Origin: Gammaproteobacteria bacterium
GTDB taxonomy: Bacteria; Pseudomonadota; Gammaproteobacteria; Natronospirales; DASSBR01
DNA length: 64,000 nucleotides
Assembly (NCBI GenBank): GCA_035701285.1
Contig: DASSNT010000015.1
Coordinates: 4,969-68,968 of the forward strand
Direction: 5' to 3'
In this document: positions 25,600 to 35,901 of the stretch, piece by piece
Position numbering within the stretch: position 1 is the stretch's first letter
Layout: every line of letters begins with the position of its first letter
Position numbers and translations under genes: made by a program
Notes under the pieces: generated by a model
What the model saw: the letters and a program-made list of their open reading frames with translations, nothing else
Told to the model about the DNA's origin: nothing
The model's database searches: none

Positions 25600-26643
25600 A
25601 TGCAGGACTTTAAGGTGGCCGTGGTCGGTGCGACGGGCGCGGTCGGAGAAACGATGTTGTCGATACTTGCCGAGCGGAAGTTTCCGGCAAGCGAAGTGAT
25701 TGCGCTGGCGAGCAGCCGCTCGGCCGGGCGCACCGTCGAATTCGGCAATCGTGAACTGGAGGTGCAGGACCTCGCCACGTTCGATTTCAGCGGCGTCGAT
25801 ATTGCGCTGTTCTCCGCCGGCGGCTCGGTGTCCGGCGAATACGCGCCTAAGGCGGCCGCGGCCGGCTGCGTGGTGATCGACAACACGTCCAAGTATCGCT
25901 ACGACGATGAGGTGCCGCTGGTCGTTTCGGAAGTAAACCCGGAGGCGATCGGCGGTTATTGCAAGCGCAACATCATCGCCAACCCGAACTGTTCGACGAT
26001 GCAGCTCATGGTTGCGCTGAAGCCGTTGCACGATGCCGCGGGCATCGAACGCATCAATATCGCCACGTATCAGGCGGTATCGGGTGCGGGCAAGCAGGCA
26101 ATGGAAGAACTGGCGCACCAGACGGCGAATCTGCTGAATGGCCGCCCGGTGGAGCCGGGCAAGATGGCCAAGCAGATCGCGTTCAACGTGCTGCCGCAGA
26201 TCGACGAGTACCAGGACAACGGCTACACCCGCGAGGAAATGAAGCTCGTGTGGGAAACCCGCAAGATCCTCGGCGACGCGTCCATTCAGGTCAACGCTAC
26301 CGCCGTGCGGGTGCCGGTGTTTTATGGCCATTCGGAAGCAGTGCATATCGAAACGCGCAAGAAACTGTCCGCCGATGACGCGCGCAGTTTGCTGGCAAAG
26401 GCGCCGGGCATTGAAATGCTGGACGGCTTCGGCAAAGGCGAATTTCCCACGGCGGTGACCGAGGCGGCGGGTCATGACCCGGTATTCGTCGGCCGTGTCC
26501 GGGAAGATATTTCGCACCCGCGCGGGCTCGACCTCTGGGTGGTTGCGGACAATATTCGCAAGGGCGCAGCGCTGAATACGGTGCAGATTGCCGAAATATT
26601 GGTGGAAAACCATTTATCGGCTATAGTTGGCGCAATGTCGTAA
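25600..26643 (+). CDS. asd: Aspartate-semialdehyde dehydrogenase
   Basis: Contains VAVVGATGAVG, the active-site NPNCSTMQ, and the HSE motif (FYGHSEAV). Followed by fimV, as in Pseudomonas-type synteny. Confidence 0.93.
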   Translation: MQDFKVAVVGATGAVGETMLSILAERKFPASEVIALASSRSAGRTVEFGNRELEVQDLATFDFSGVDIALFSAGGSVSGEYAPKAAAAGCVVIDNTSKYRYDDEVPLVVSEVNPEAIGGYCKRNIIANPNCSTMQLMVALKPLHDAAGIERINIATYQAVSGAGKQAMEELAHQTANLLNGRPVEPGKMAKQIAFNVLPQIDEYQDNGYTREEMKLVWETRKILGDASIQVNATAVRVPVFYGHSEAVHIETRKKLSADDARSLLAKAPGIEMLDGFGKGEFPTAVTEAAGHDPVFVGRVREDISHPRGLDLWVVADNIRKGAALNTVQIAEILVENHLSAIVGAMS

Positions 26644-26736
26644 GGCGATGCTTGAAGAAAATCGCCAAATTGCTTGGCGTTGTTGGCATTAACCGGATTT
26701 ATGAGGGCCCGGACGCGGGCGGAACAGGGAGCGAAA

Positions 26737-29280
26737 ATGAAGCGATTACTGGCCCTGTCAGGGCTGATCCTGGCGCTTGGGTCCCTTTCGTTTGGTGCGT
26801 TCGCGTTGGGGTTGGGCAACATCCAGCTGCATTCCGCGCTGGGTCAGCCGCTGGACGCGGATATCGCCCTCGTAGGCGCCGATAAGCAGGCCACGGCTGG
26901 TCTCAAAGTGAGCCTCGCCTCGGCGGCCGAGTTCGATCGTGCGCAAATCAATCAGACGGCGATACTGCAGTCGCTCCAGTTCACGGTGGTTCCGGATTCC
27001 AGCGGCTACCACGTCCACGTCAGCAGCACACAGCCGGTCAAGGAGCCCTTCCTGACGTTCCTGGTCGCGGCGCAGTGGCCCAGCGGCCAGATGCTGCGTG
27101 AGTACACCGTGCTGCTCGACCCGCCTAATTACGCGGCGGCCGGCGGTGGGGTGCAGGCGCCGGTGACGCAAAACGTGCCCGCCACCGAGATGTCTGCCGC
27201 GGCTGTGCCGCAGCCGGTGAGGTCCGCTCCCCGGGCCGAAACGATGTCCACCGCCGGCGGTAACTATGGTCCGATCCAGCGCGGCGAGACCTTGTGGAGC
27301 ATCGCTCATAATCTGACTTCCGGCGAACCGGCTGAAGTCGATCAGATGATGATCGCGCTTTATCGGGCCAACCCGAACGCATTCAGCGGCAACATCAATC
27401 GCATGAAGGCCGGCCACGTTTTGCGCGTGCCGGACGGCGACAGCGTTCGCGCCATTAGCCCGCGCGAGGCCATCGCCGCCGTGCGCCAGGCCAACCTGGA
27501 ATTTGCAGCGCCCTCGGAGGACGTGGCAGACGCCAGTGCAGCCGACGATGCCGCAGCCGACGTCGTGCCGGCAGTGGCTGAAGCTACGGACGCAGCGGCG
27601 GCCGATACCGGCGAAGCCGCGACCGCGGGCGGGCATCTGCAACTGGTGGCGCCCGGGGCGGCGGATGGAAGCGAAGCTGCTCCCGGCGACAGCCAGGCTG
27701 CAGCCGCGGTCGCAGCGGCCGCCCAACTCAAGGAACAGCTTGCGGCGGCGCAACAGCGTGCCGAGGCTGCCACCAGCCAGAATGCGCGGCTCAGCAGCCA
27801 GATCGATTCGCTCAAAAAAGAACTCGCTGAGACCAAGCGTCTGCTGAGCGTGCAGGACCAGCGGCTCAGTCAGTTGCAAAAACAGGTCCAGCAGCAGGCG
27901 CAGCAGCCGGCGAACGATGCCAGCGCTGTCGACACGGCGATCGCCTTTGTGACCGCGCCCCTGTTCCTGATAGGGCTGCTGGTGGTCTTTGTGCTGATCG
28001 TCGGCGCCGTCGTCATTCGGCGCCAGCAGCGAAAGGCTGTCGCGGCCCAGTCGGGCGAGCCGATACTGCCGGTGGTCGATGAGGCACAGACTGCGGAGCA
28101 GCCGGACGCAGCCGATGATGTTGAGGCGGCCGGTGCTGCAGTTACGGCGGAAGTCGCGGAGGCGACTGCAGCAGCGGCTCTCCCTGAAGCGTCTGCCGAG
28201 CCGGCGGACCCCATCGCGGAAGCCGATTTTCATATCGATTACGGCTTGTACGACCAGGCGGCGGACATCATCCGCAAGGGCATTGCGGACGATCCGGAGC
28301 GGGACGCGCTCAAGCTGAAATTGTTCCAGATTTATTTCGCGGCCGGGGATGCGCCGGCATACCGGGCTGCGGCCCAGGAATATGCGTCGGATTGGGGCGC
28401 GGATCACCCGGCCGAATGGGACGAAGTCACGACCATGGGCCGCAAGCTGGTGCCCGACGAGCCGCTGTTCGCGGCCGGCTACGAGGATGGAGCCGCGGCG
28501 CCCACCGCCGAGACGCCGACGGAACTGCCCGCCGAGCTGGGCGTGGAGACCGCTACTGAAGTCTCGACGGAATTCGGCCTGGACACCTCTGCCGGTGATT
28601 CTTCTGCGGAGGATGAAATTGTCGCGGACCCGCGCGACGATGATGCGCTGGACATCGATTTCGATCTCGGTGAGCCTGCGGAGGACAACTTTACCGGCGC
28701 CGAGACGGCCACCGATACCAGCGGTCTCCTCGGGGGCGACGGCGACGACAACTCGATCGACCTGGACCTGGGTGCCGACGCGCCGGGCACCGAGACGCAG
28801 CCGATAGCCGGGGACGAAACCGATGTCAGCGGCACGGCGGATTTCGACCTGTCCGGTCTCGAAGCCGAGTTGGGCGGTTCCGACAACAGCGGCCAGGCCG
28901 ACGCTGGCAATCCGCTCCTCGACACGCAAACAGAATTTGAGGAGGCCATTCGCGAGCTGTCGGAGTTTGTCGACACGAATTTCCCCAAGGATACGGGCGA
29001 CGAGCCGGAGGCCACGCAAGTGGCGTCGAGCGACTCCGCCGATGAGCCCGAGTTCACCATGCCGAATGCAGGCGGATTCGACGCTGGCGATTCCGATGGC
29101 GCCTTCCAGGATGAGGACGACGACGGCGTCGACGAAATGGACACCAAGCTTGATCTTGCGCGGGCCTACATGGACATGGGCGATCCGGAAGGCGCCCGCA
29201 GCATCCTTGAGGAAGTCATCGAGGAAGGCGCCCCGGATCACCAGGAACGGGCGCGGTCACTGCTGGACAAGGTCGGTTGA
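26737..29280 (+). CDS. fimV: FimV/HubP-family polar organiser (signal sequence, LysM, TM, long acidic region, C-terminal FimV TPR-like motif)
   Basis: The start is taken at MKRLLALSGL. LysM region: YGPIQRGETLWSIA...MKAGHVLRVP. TM segment: APLFLIGLLVVFVLIVGAVVI. C-terminus: KLDLARAYMDMGDPEGARSILEEVI. Confidence 0.85.
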   Translation: MKRLLALSGLILALGSLSFGAFALGLGNIQLHSALGQPLDADIALVGADKQATAGLKVSLASAAEFDRAQINQTAILQSLQFTVVPDSSGYHVHVSSTQPVKEPFLTFLVAAQWPSGQMLREYTVLLDPPNYAAAGGGVQAPVTQNVPATEMSAAAVPQPVRSAPRAETMSTAGGNYGPIQRGETLWSIAHNLTSGEPAEVDQMMIALYRANPNAFSGNINRMKAGHVLRVPDGDSVRAISPREAIAAVRQANLEFAAPSEDVADASAADDAAADVVPAVAEATDAAAADTGEAATAGGHLQLVAPGAADGSEAAPGDSQAAAAVAAAAQLKEQLAAAQQRAEAATSQNARLSSQIDSLKKELAETKRLLSVQDQRLSQLQKQVQQQAQQPANDASAVDTAIAFVTAPLFLIGLLVVFVLIVGAVVIRRQQRKAVAAQSGEPILPVVDEAQTAEQPDAADDVEAAGAAVTAEVAEATAAAALPEASAEPADPIAEADFHIDYGLYDQAADIIRKGIADDPERDALKLKLFQIYFAAGDAPAYRAAAQEYASDWGADHPAEWDEVTTMGRKLVPDEPLFAAGYEDGAAAPTAETPTELPAELGVETATEVSTEFGLDTSAGDSSAEDEIVADPRDDDALDIDFDLGEPAEDNFTGAETATDTSGLLGGDGDDNSIDLDLGADAPGTETQPIAGDETDVSGTADFDLSGLEAELGGSDNSGQADAGNPLLDTQTEFEEAIRELSEFVDTNFPKDTGDEPEATQVASSDSADEPEFTMPNAGGFDAGDSDGAFQDEDDDGVDEMDTKLDLARAYMDMGDPEGARSILEEVIEEGAPDHQERARSLLDKVG

Positions 29281-29327
29281 TGAAGACGCCGGGATTCGGG
29301 GCTCGGGATTCGGGATTCGGGGAAGAC
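29281..29327 (+). repeat. G-rich heptad array flanked by direct GAAGAC repeats, immediately after the fimV stop
   Basis: TGAAGAC-GCC-GGGATTCGGGGCTCGGGATTCGGGATTCGG-GGAAGAC. There are five G tracts. Intergenic here. Confidence 0.8.
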
Positions 29328-29364
29328 TGGAAAACCGCGTAGAGCGGCATGTGTCGTCCGCTCG

Positions 29365-30180
29365 ATGGCTGGTGAAAAGTTCATGTTTCGCTTCGCGGCG
29401 GGTGTCGAATACGATGGCGCGAAGTTCTTCGGCTGGCAGCGCCAGCACCATGCTCGATCGGTGCAGGGCGACCTGGAAGTGGCGCTGTCGGTGGTCGCCG
29501 ATCGGCCTGTTGAGATTATTTGCGCCGGGCGCACGGATGCCGGCGTGCATGCCGAAGGGCAGGTGATTCACTTCGATACCGACGCCCGGCGCAGTGAGCG
29601 TTCCTGGCTGCTGGGCACGAATTCGAATCTCCCGGCCGACGTCGTGCTGCGCTGGTTGCGTGCTGCTCCGCCGGCATTCCATGCCCGCTTCAGTGCGCGG
29701 GCGCGGCACTACCGCTACACGATACTCAACCGCGACACGCGTCCGGCGATCGGCCGCGACTACCTTGCCGCGGAGCGCCGGCCGCTGGATATTGACGCTA
29801 TGCGGCAGGGTGCGCAGGCGCTGGTCGGGGAGCATGATTTTTCGGCGTTCCGCGCGGCGGAATGCCAGGCTGCATCGCCGGTGCGGCGCGTGCTGCGGCT
29901 GACGGTCGAACAGCACGGCGAGCGGATGGATATTGACGTAGTGGCGAACGGCTTCCTGCACCATATGGTCCGCAATATTGCCGGCGTGCTGATCGCGATC
30001 GGCACTGGCAAGCAGCCGCCGGAGTGGGCGGCAACCGTCCTCGCCGGCCGCGACCGCAGCGCGGGTGGCGTCACCGCACCCGCAGGCGGGCTGCGATTCA
30101 TGGGCGTGCTGTACCCGGACGAGTTTGATATGCCGCTGGGGCCGGAGAGCCGGGCGGTCTTTCAAGCGGTCGAGCTTTAG
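29365..30180 (+). CDS. truA: tRNA pseudouridine(38-40) synthase
   Basis: Contains F.AGVEYDG..F.GWQRQ and the catalytic GRTDAGVHA. An alternative start lies at 29383. Confidence 0.93.
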   Translation: MAGEKFMFRFAAGVEYDGAKFFGWQRQHHARSVQGDLEVALSVVADRPVEIICAGRTDAGVHAEGQVIHFDTDARRSERSWLLGTNSNLPADVVLRWLRAAPPAFHARFSARARHYRYTILNRDTRPAIGRDYLAAERRPLDIDAMRQGAQALVGEHDFSAFRAAECQAASPVRRVLRLTVEQHGERMDIDVVANGFLHHMVRNIAGVLIAIGTGKQPPEWAATVLAGRDRSAGGVTAPAGGLRFMGVLYPDEFDMPLGPESRAVFQAVEL

Positions 30181-30221
30181 GCATTTTTGTTATCCTGTAC
30201 GATTAATCCGGCTGGCCTTTC

Positions 30222-30845
30222 ATGCCGCGCACCCGCATCAAAGTTTGTGGTCTCACTCGTGCCGAAGACGCCGCCTGCGCGGCGCGATTGGGCGCGGACG
30301 CCATCGGCGTCGTATTTTGCTCGCGGAGCCCGCGGGCGGTCACGCTCGATCAGGCGCGTGCGGTAATCGGTGCGCTGCCGGCATTCGTGACGGTCGCGGC
30401 GTTGTTTCTCGATCCGGAGCGTGACGAAGTGGAGCAGGTGCTGAACGCGCTGCCGATCGACCTGCTGCAGTTTCATGGCGACGAGCCGGCGGCATTTTGC
30501 GAGTCGTTCGCCCGGCCATACATCAAGGCGCTGCCGATGGCGGATGACATTGATTTGAACGCGGCCGCTCGGGATTACCGGCGCGCCCGCGCTCTGCTGC
30601 TCGATGCCCACGCGCGGGGTGAGCCGGGCGGGCAAGGCAAGACGTTCGCGTGGCGGCACATTGAGCTGCCGCGGCCGGTCGTGCTCGCCGGCGGCCTGGC
30701 ACCGGACAATGTTGCGCGAGCAATTGCGACGGTGCAGCCGTGGGCGGTCGACGTATCGAGCGGCGTCGAGTCGGAGCCGGGCATCAAGAGCAGTGAACGC
30801 CTGGCGGCTTTCATCGAAGAGGTAAATCGTGCCGGCTACCACTAA
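30222..30845 (+). CDS. trpF: Phosphoribosylanthranilate isomerase
   Basis: Contains [15 protein letters not shown] and GGL.P.NV. Precedes trpB. Confidence 0.93.
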   Translation: MPRTRIKVCGLTRAEDAACAARLGADAIGVVFCSRSPRAVTLDQARAVIGALPAFVTVAALFLDPERDEVEQVLNALPIDLLQFHGDEPAAFCESFARPYIKALPMADDIDLNAAARDYRRARALLLDAHARGEPGGQGKTFAWRHIELPRPVVLAGGLAPDNVARAIATVQPWAVDVSSGVESEPGIKSSERLAAFIEEVNRAGYH

Positions 30846-32034
30846 GAGAATCTGGCCCGACGCCAACGGCCGCTTCGGCGACTACGGCGGCCGCTACGTC
30901 GCCGAAACGCTGATGGCGGCGGTGCATGAACTTGCTGCCGCGTACGAGCAATTTCGGGATGATCCGGAATTTCGTGCCGAGTTCGAGCGCGACCTGGCCG
31001 AGTACGTCGGGCGCCCGACGCCGCTCTATTTCGCCGCCCGCCTGACCGAACGCGCCGGCGGGGCGCGCATCTACCTCAAGCGCGAAGACCTGAATCACAC
31101 CGGCGCGCACAAGATCAACAACACGATCGGCCAGGCGTTGCTCGCGAAGCGCATGGGAAAGCGCCGCATCATTGCCGAAACCGGTGCCGGACAGCACGGT
31201 GTGGCCACCGCGACCGTCGCTGCGCGGCTGGGTCTCGAGTGCGTCGTCTATATGGGTGCCGAAGACATTGCGCGCCAATCTGTGAATGTCTATCGCATGC
31301 GCCTGCTCGGCGCGACCGTGGTGCCGGTGGAGTCGGGGTCGCGGACACTCAAGGATGCGATGAACGAGGCGATGCGCGACTGGGTGACGAACGTCGATTC
31401 GACGTTCTACATCATCGGGACGGTGGCCGGCCCGCATCCGTATCCGATGATGGTGCGCGACTTTCACACTGTGATCGGTCGCGAAGCGCGCGAGCAGATT
31501 GTGACGGCGGAAGGGCGTCTGCCGGACGCGCTGGTGGCCTGCGTTGGCGGCGGCTCCAATGCGATCGGCCTGTTTCATCCGTTCCTCGACGATGAGGTCG
31601 CGATCTATGGCGTCGAGGCCGGCGGCAAGGGCTCGGCCAACGGCGAACACGCGGCGTCCCTGACCGCGGGCCGGCCAGGTGTGCTGCATGGCAATCGCAC
31701 CTACATTCTGGAAGACGCCGCCGGGCAGATATTGCCCACCCATTCGATTTCGGCCGGCCTCGACTATCCCGGCGTCGGGCCGGAGCACGCGTGGCTGAAA
31801 GACAGCGGGCGCGCCACCTACGTGACCGTCAGCGACGACGAGGCGCTGGCCGCGTTTCATCTGCTGACCCGCGCCGAAGGCATTATGCCCGCGCTGGAAT
31901 CGAGCCATGCGTTAGCCTATGCGACAAAGCTCGCGCCGGAGCTTGGGCGTGACGCCGTTATGATCGTCAACCTGTCCGGGCGCGGTGACAAGGACATCAA
32001 CACCGTGGCGACGCTGGAGGGGATGGACGTATGA
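30829..32034 (+). CDS. trpB: Tryptophan synthase beta chain
   Basis: Contains the PLP-lysine region [16 protein letters not shown], plus [10 protein letters not shown] and GGGSNAIG. Confidence 0.97.
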   Translation: MPATTKRIWPDANGRFGDYGGRYVAETLMAAVHELAAAYEQFRDDPEFRAEFERDLAEYVGRPTPLYFAARLTERAGGARIYLKREDLNHTGAHKINNTIGQALLAKRMGKRRIIAETGAGQHGVATATVAARLGLECVVYMGAEDIARQSVNVYRMRLLGATVVPVESGSRTLKDAMNEAMRDWVTNVDSTFYIIGTVAGPHPYPMMVRDFHTVIGREAREQIVTAEGRLPDALVACVGGGSNAIGLFHPFLDDEVAIYGVEAGGKGSANGEHAASLTAGRPGVLHGNRTYILEDAAGQILPTHSISAGLDYPGVGPEHAWLKDSGRATYVTVSDDEALAAFHLLTRAEGIMPALESSHALAYATKLAPELGRDAVMIVNLSGRGDKDINTVATLEGMDV

Positions 32035-32849
32035 GCCGGCTGGCGCGTCGTTTTGCCGACCTCGCGGCGCAACACCGCCGCGCGCTGGTGACCTATATCA
32101 CCGCCGGTGATCCGGCGCCGCAGACCACGGCCGGCCTGCTGCACGCGCTGGCGGCGGCGGGCGCCGACGTCCTGGAACTGGGTGTGCCGTTCTCCGATCC
32201 GACCGCGGACGGCCCGGCGATTCAGGCTGCGCACGAGCGGGCGCTGGCGCATGGCGTGCGGCTGGCCGATGCGATCGACATGGTGGCTGAATTTCGTCGC
32301 GACGACGATGCGACGCCGGTCGTCCTGATGGGCTACCTGAATCCGATTGAAGCGATGGGCGAGACGGCATTCGCCGACGCGGCGGCCGCCGCGGGCGTAG
32401 ACGGCGTCATTGCGGTCGATCTGCCGCCGGAGGAAGCCGAACCGCTGCACGCGTTGCTGCGCGAGCGCGGCATCGATCTGATTTTCCTGATAGCGCCGAC
32501 GACGACCGCGGCGCGAATCGAGCGGATCGCCGACCTGGCGAGCGGCTTCGTTTATCATGTGTCGCTCAAGGGGACGACCGGCGCCGGCAATCTGGATACC
32601 GCCGCCGTGGCGGGCAAGCTGGCGGAAATCCGCACCCATACCCATTTGCCGATTGCGGTCGGCTTTGGCGTTCGCAATGGCGAGTCCGCCGCCGCGCTGG
32701 CGGCGGCCGCGGATGCGGTCGTCGTCGGCAGCGCCTTGATAGAACGCATCGTTGCGGCCGACAATGACGCCGCCCGGCGCCAGGCCGCCGGCAATTTTGT
32801 CGGCGAATTGCGCGCCGCGCTGGATACTGCAACGGCCGCACCGGCTTAA
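32031..32849 (+). CDS. trpA: Tryptophan synthase alpha chain
   Basis: Contains [16 protein letters not shown] and GFG. 4-nt overlap with trpB. Confidence 0.95.
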   Translation: MSRLARRFADLAAQHRRALVTYITAGDPAPQTTAGLLHALAAAGADVLELGVPFSDPTADGPAIQAAHERALAHGVRLADAIDMVAEFRRDDDATPVVLMGYLNPIEAMGETAFADAAAAAGVDGVIAVDLPPEEAEPLHALLRERGIDLIFLIAPTTTAARIERIADLASGFVYHVSLKGTTGAGNLDTAAVAGKLAEIRTHTHLPIAVGFGVRNGESAAALAAAADAVVVGSALIERIVAADNDAARRQAAGNFVGELRAALDTATAAPA

Positions 32850-32861
32850 AAGAGATAGAGT

Positions 32862-33767
32862 ATGAACTGGTTCAAAAAGCTGATGCCCTCGCGCATCAAT
32901 ACCGAAGGCAGCCGCAAGCGGAATATCCCGGAAGGCTTGTGGAGCAAATGCCCGCATTGCAACGGCGTGCTGTACCGTGCCGACCTGGAGCGCAATCTGC
33001 AGGTGTGTCCGAAGTGCGGCCACCACATGCGGCTGACGGCGCGGCAGCGGCTGGACGCCTTTCTCGACCCGGATTCCGGTACCGAAATCGGCGCAAGCAT
33101 CCAGCCGCTCGATCCGCTGAAGTTCAAGGACAGCAAGCGCTACAAGGAGCGCATCGGGCAGGCGCAAAAGAATACCGGTGAAAATGATGCGCTCGTGGCC
33201 ATGAAGGGCAGCCTGAAGGGGCAGCCGGTGGTGGCGTGCGCTTTTGAATTCCGCTTCATGGGCGGCTCGATGGGCTCCGTGGTCGGCGAGCGCTTCACTC
33301 GTGCGGCCAATGCGGCGCTCGAGGAGAAGGCGCCGCTGGTCTGCTTCACGGCGAGCGGCGGCGCGCGCATGCAGGAGTCGCTGCTGTCGCTGTTTCAGAT
33401 GGCCAAGACCAGCGCCGTGCTGGCCAAGCTGGCCAAGCGCCACATCCCGTTCATTTCGGTATTGACCGACCCGACCACCGGCGGCGTTTCGGCGAGCCTT
33501 GCCATGCTGGGGGACGTTAACGTCGCCGAGCCCCGGGCGCTGATCGGCTTCGCCGGGCCGCGGGTGATCGAGCAGACGGTGCGCGAAACATTGCCGGAAG
33601 GATTTCAGCGCAGCGAGTTCCTGCTCGAGCATGGCGCGATCGATATGATTATCGACCGCCGTGAAATGCGTGACCGCCTCGCGAATCTGCTGACGATGCT
33701 GATGCACCAGCCGGTGCAGGCGCTGCTGTCGAGAAATAACCCGACCTCATCCCAGCCTTCTGCCTGA
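32862..33767 (+). CDS. accD: Acetyl-CoA carboxylase carboxyltransferase beta subunit
   Basis: Has the N-terminal zinc ribbon CPHC...CPKCGHH and a carboxyltransferase domain ([12 protein letters not shown]). Confidence 0.97.
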   Translation: MNWFKKLMPSRINTEGSRKRNIPEGLWSKCPHCNGVLYRADLERNLQVCPKCGHHMRLTARQRLDAFLDPDSGTEIGASIQPLDPLKFKDSKRYKERIGQAQKNTGENDALVAMKGSLKGQPVVACAFEFRFMGGSMGSVVGERFTRAANAALEEKAPLVCFTASGGARMQESLLSLFQMAKTSAVLAKLAKRHIPFISVLTDPTTGGVSASLAMLGDVNVAEPRALIGFAGPRVIEQTVRETLPEGFQRSEFLLEHGAIDMIIDRREMRDRLANLLTMLMHQPVQALLSRNNPTSSQPSA

Positions 33768-33790
33768 GGCAGAGAGGCCAGGAGGGGCGC

Positions 33791-35206
33791 GTGCGCTTCG
33801 GCACTCTTTCAGAATGGCTGGACTGGCAGTCCAGCCTCCACCCAACGGCGATCAACCTGGGCCTCGACCGGGTTGCGGCCGTTGCAGCCAGAATGGCCCC
33901 GCGGCCTGAACGGACGCGCGTCATCACCGTCGGCGGCACCAACGGCAAAGGCTCCTGCGTTCGTTACCTCGAAGGTATTCTCCAAGCCGCCGGTTACCGC
34001 GTCGGCGCGTATACGTCGCCGCATCTCGAGCGGTATAACGAGCGGGTCCGGATCGACGGGCGCGACGCGGACGACGCCGCATTATGTGCTGCCTTTGAGC
34101 GTGTCGACGACGCGCGGCAAGACGCAAGCCTGACATATTTCGAATTCGGCACGCTGGCGGCGCTCGACGTTTTCTGGCGTGAACAGGTGGATGTGGCGGT
34201 GCTCGAAGTGGGCCTCGGCGGCCGCCTGGACGCCGTCAATATCGTCGATGCCGACTGCTCCATCGTGACCAGCGTCGCGCTGGACCACCTTGAGTGGCTG
34301 GGGCCGGATCGTGAATCGGTCGGGCGGGAGAAGGCCGGCATTTTTCGTGCCGGCAAACCCGCGATTTGCGGCGACCGGCACCCGCCGGCATCGCTGCTGG
34401 ACCACGCAGCGGCAATCGGCGCGGACCTGCAGCTTATTGGCCGTGAGTTTGATTGGCAGATGGAAGAATCCCCCCGCGCCTCTGGCGCTGCCCCCCTTCC
34501 CGGCAGTGCCGGCAAAGGGGGCGGGAACAGCTCGCATCTTTCTCTCCCCTTTGCCCGCGAAGTGGGGAAGGGGAAGCTGGAGGGGGATTCTTTTTGGCGT
34601 TTTGACGGCCGCAACGGAAGCTGTGACAAATTGCCACTGTCGCCGATGCCCGGTGCGCACCAGCTCGACAACGCAGCCGCCGCATTGGCTGCGCTGCAGG
34701 CACTGAGCAGGTCACTGCCAGTTGGGCAGGACCCGATCCGCGCCGGCCTCGGCGCGGCGAAATTGGCCGGCCGATTTGAAATTCTCCCCGGCGAAGTGGA
34801 TACAATACTCGATGTTGCGCATAATCCCGATGCGGCGCGTGTTCTGGCGGCAGCGCTCGAACACACGCGGGGCAGGGGCCGCACATTGGCAGTTCTCGGT
34901 ATGATGCGCGACAAGGCAGTCGACGAGGTGGCGGCGGCGCTGGCGGCGCAGGTCGACCGGTGGTATCTGGCCGGGTTGCCCGGTCCGCGCGGGCTTGATG
35001 CGCACGCGCTGCGGGACAGGGTAGCGGCAGTTGTCGCGCCGGCCGGCCGGGAATTGTCGGCTGCGCCATGGCAGGCGTGGCAGCAGGCCCGCGCGGCAGC
35101 GCAGCCCGGCGACCGGATCATCGTGTGCGGTTCGTTCGTTACCGTCGCGGAAGTGCGTCAACAGTGGTACGCGCGGAATGGAGCAGTAATCGGAGGGAGG
35201 CAGTGA
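33791..35206 (+). CDS. folC: Bifunctional folylpolyglutamate synthase / dihydrofolate synthase, carrying an in-frame 43-codon repeat-element insert
   Basis: Mur-ligase motifs are present (VGGTNGKGS, EVGLGGRLDA, HQLDNAA, DVAHNP). GTG start. At 471 aa it is about 45-50 aa longer than E. coli FolC (422 aa). Confidence 0.9.
   Translation: MRFGTLSEWLDWQSSLHPTAINLGLDRVAAVAARMAPRPERTRVITVGGTNGKGSCVRYLEGILQAAGYRVGAYTSPHLERYNERVRIDGRDADDAALCAAFERVDDARQDASLTYFEFGTLAALDVFWREQVDVAVLEVGLGGRLDAVNIVDADCSIVTSVALDHLEWLGPDRESVGREKAGIFRAGKPAICGDRHPPASLLDHAAAIGADLQLIGREFDWQMEESPRASGAAPLPGSAGKGGGNSSHLSLPFAREVGKGKLEGDSFWRFDGRNGSCDKLPLSPMPGAHQLDNAAAALAALQALSRSLPVGQDPIRAGLGAAKLAGRFEILPGEVDTILDVAHNPDAARVLAAALEHTRGRGRTLAVLGMMRDKAVDEVAAALAAQVDRWYLAGLPGPRGLDAHALRDRVAAVVAPAGRELSAAPWQAWQQARAAAQPGDRIIVCGSFVTVAEVRQQWYARNGAVIGGRQ
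34464..34592. mobile_element. 129-bp palindromic (MITE/REP-like) element with perfect 11-bp terminal inverted repeats, inserted in frame in folC
   Basis: AAGAATCCCCC (34464-34474) and GGGGGATTCTT (34582-34592). Internal nested hairpins include GCGCC-tct-GGCGC and CCGGCA-g-TGCCGG. The length is exactly 43 codons with no stop. It encodes ...SPRASGAAPLPGSAGKGGGNSSHLSLPFAREVGKGKLEGD... Confidence 0.65.
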
Positions 35207-35850
35207 AAGAGCGATTGATCGGTGCGTGCATTCTGGTGGCACTCGCCGTTATTTTCATTCCGATGTTCTTTGAAGAACCCGCTCCGGCAGGAATGGTCAC
35301 GAAGGATGTCGACTTGCCGGCGTCCGCCACCGCTGTGAGCGCGTTTCAGATGAGCCTCACGCGCAACACGCCGCCGGAGCCGATCTCGCCGCTGGTTGCC
35401 GCCGGCAAGGCGCCGGCCGAGGCGCGCAGCGGTCGAATCGATCGCACCGCCGCGCCGGCAACGCGCACAGTCGATGTGACTGTTGACACGACGCCCGAGC
35501 CGACGACCGCGAAGACTGTTCCAGTCGATCTGCCCGAGCCGACAAAATCGCAGCCGGTGGCCAAGGCTGAACCTGCGGCTGTCGATAACGTACCCGAAAA
35601 TCAGGCTGCGGCTTTGTCCGGCTGGTTTGTGCAGGCCGGCAGTTTCGCCAACCGCGATAATGCCGAGCGTTTGACGCGGCGGCTGAAGGACAAGGACTTC
35701 AGCGCGTTCATGCTGCGCGCGTCCAGCGGCGGCCGGACAGTGTACCGCGTCCGGATCGGCCCGCTCGGCGCACGCCGCGACGCCGAAAAGCTTGCGCCCG
35801 TGGTTGCTGCCGCGTCCGGCGGCCCGACAGAGGTCGTATCGAATCCATAG
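35203..35850 (+). CDS. SPOR domain cell-division protein (DedD-like)
   Basis: GTG start overlapping the folC stop. Has an N-terminal TM segment (IGACILVALAVIFIPMFF), a Pro/Ala-rich linker, and a C-terminal SPOR domain (GWFVQAGSF.N..NAERL...L...YRVRIGP). Confidence 0.8.
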   Translation: MKERLIGACILVALAVIFIPMFFEEPAPAGMVTKDVDLPASATAVSAFQMSLTRNTPPEPISPLVAAGKAPAEARSGRIDRTAAPATRTVDVTVDTTPEPTTAKTVPVDLPEPTKSQPVAKAEPAAVDNVPENQAAALSGWFVQAGSFANRDNAERLTRRLKDKDFSAFMLRASSGGRTVYRVRIGPLGARRDAEKLAPVVAAASGGPTEVVSNP

Positions 35851-35901
35851 TGGTAAAATAGCCGCTCGCACCACGACCCGCACAGGTTCGCCACCCACCC
35901 G

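Noticed and set aside
27500-29100. Ala/Asp/Glu-rich repetitive stretch as a DNA repeat element
   Set aside because: It is the low-complexity acidic linker typical of FimV/HubP proteins. I saw no exact DNA-level periodicity.
26758-29241. 827-aa ORF antisense to fimV
   Set aside because: It mirrors the low-complexity acidic fimV region on the opposite strand. Long stop-free antisense frames are expected at this GC content. FimV itself has LysM, TM and C-terminal signature motifs.
28823-29566. 247-aa ORF bridging the fimV 3' end, the heptad array and the truA 5' end
   Set aside because: It is out of frame with two well-supported genes and reads through the repeat. It has no motifs.
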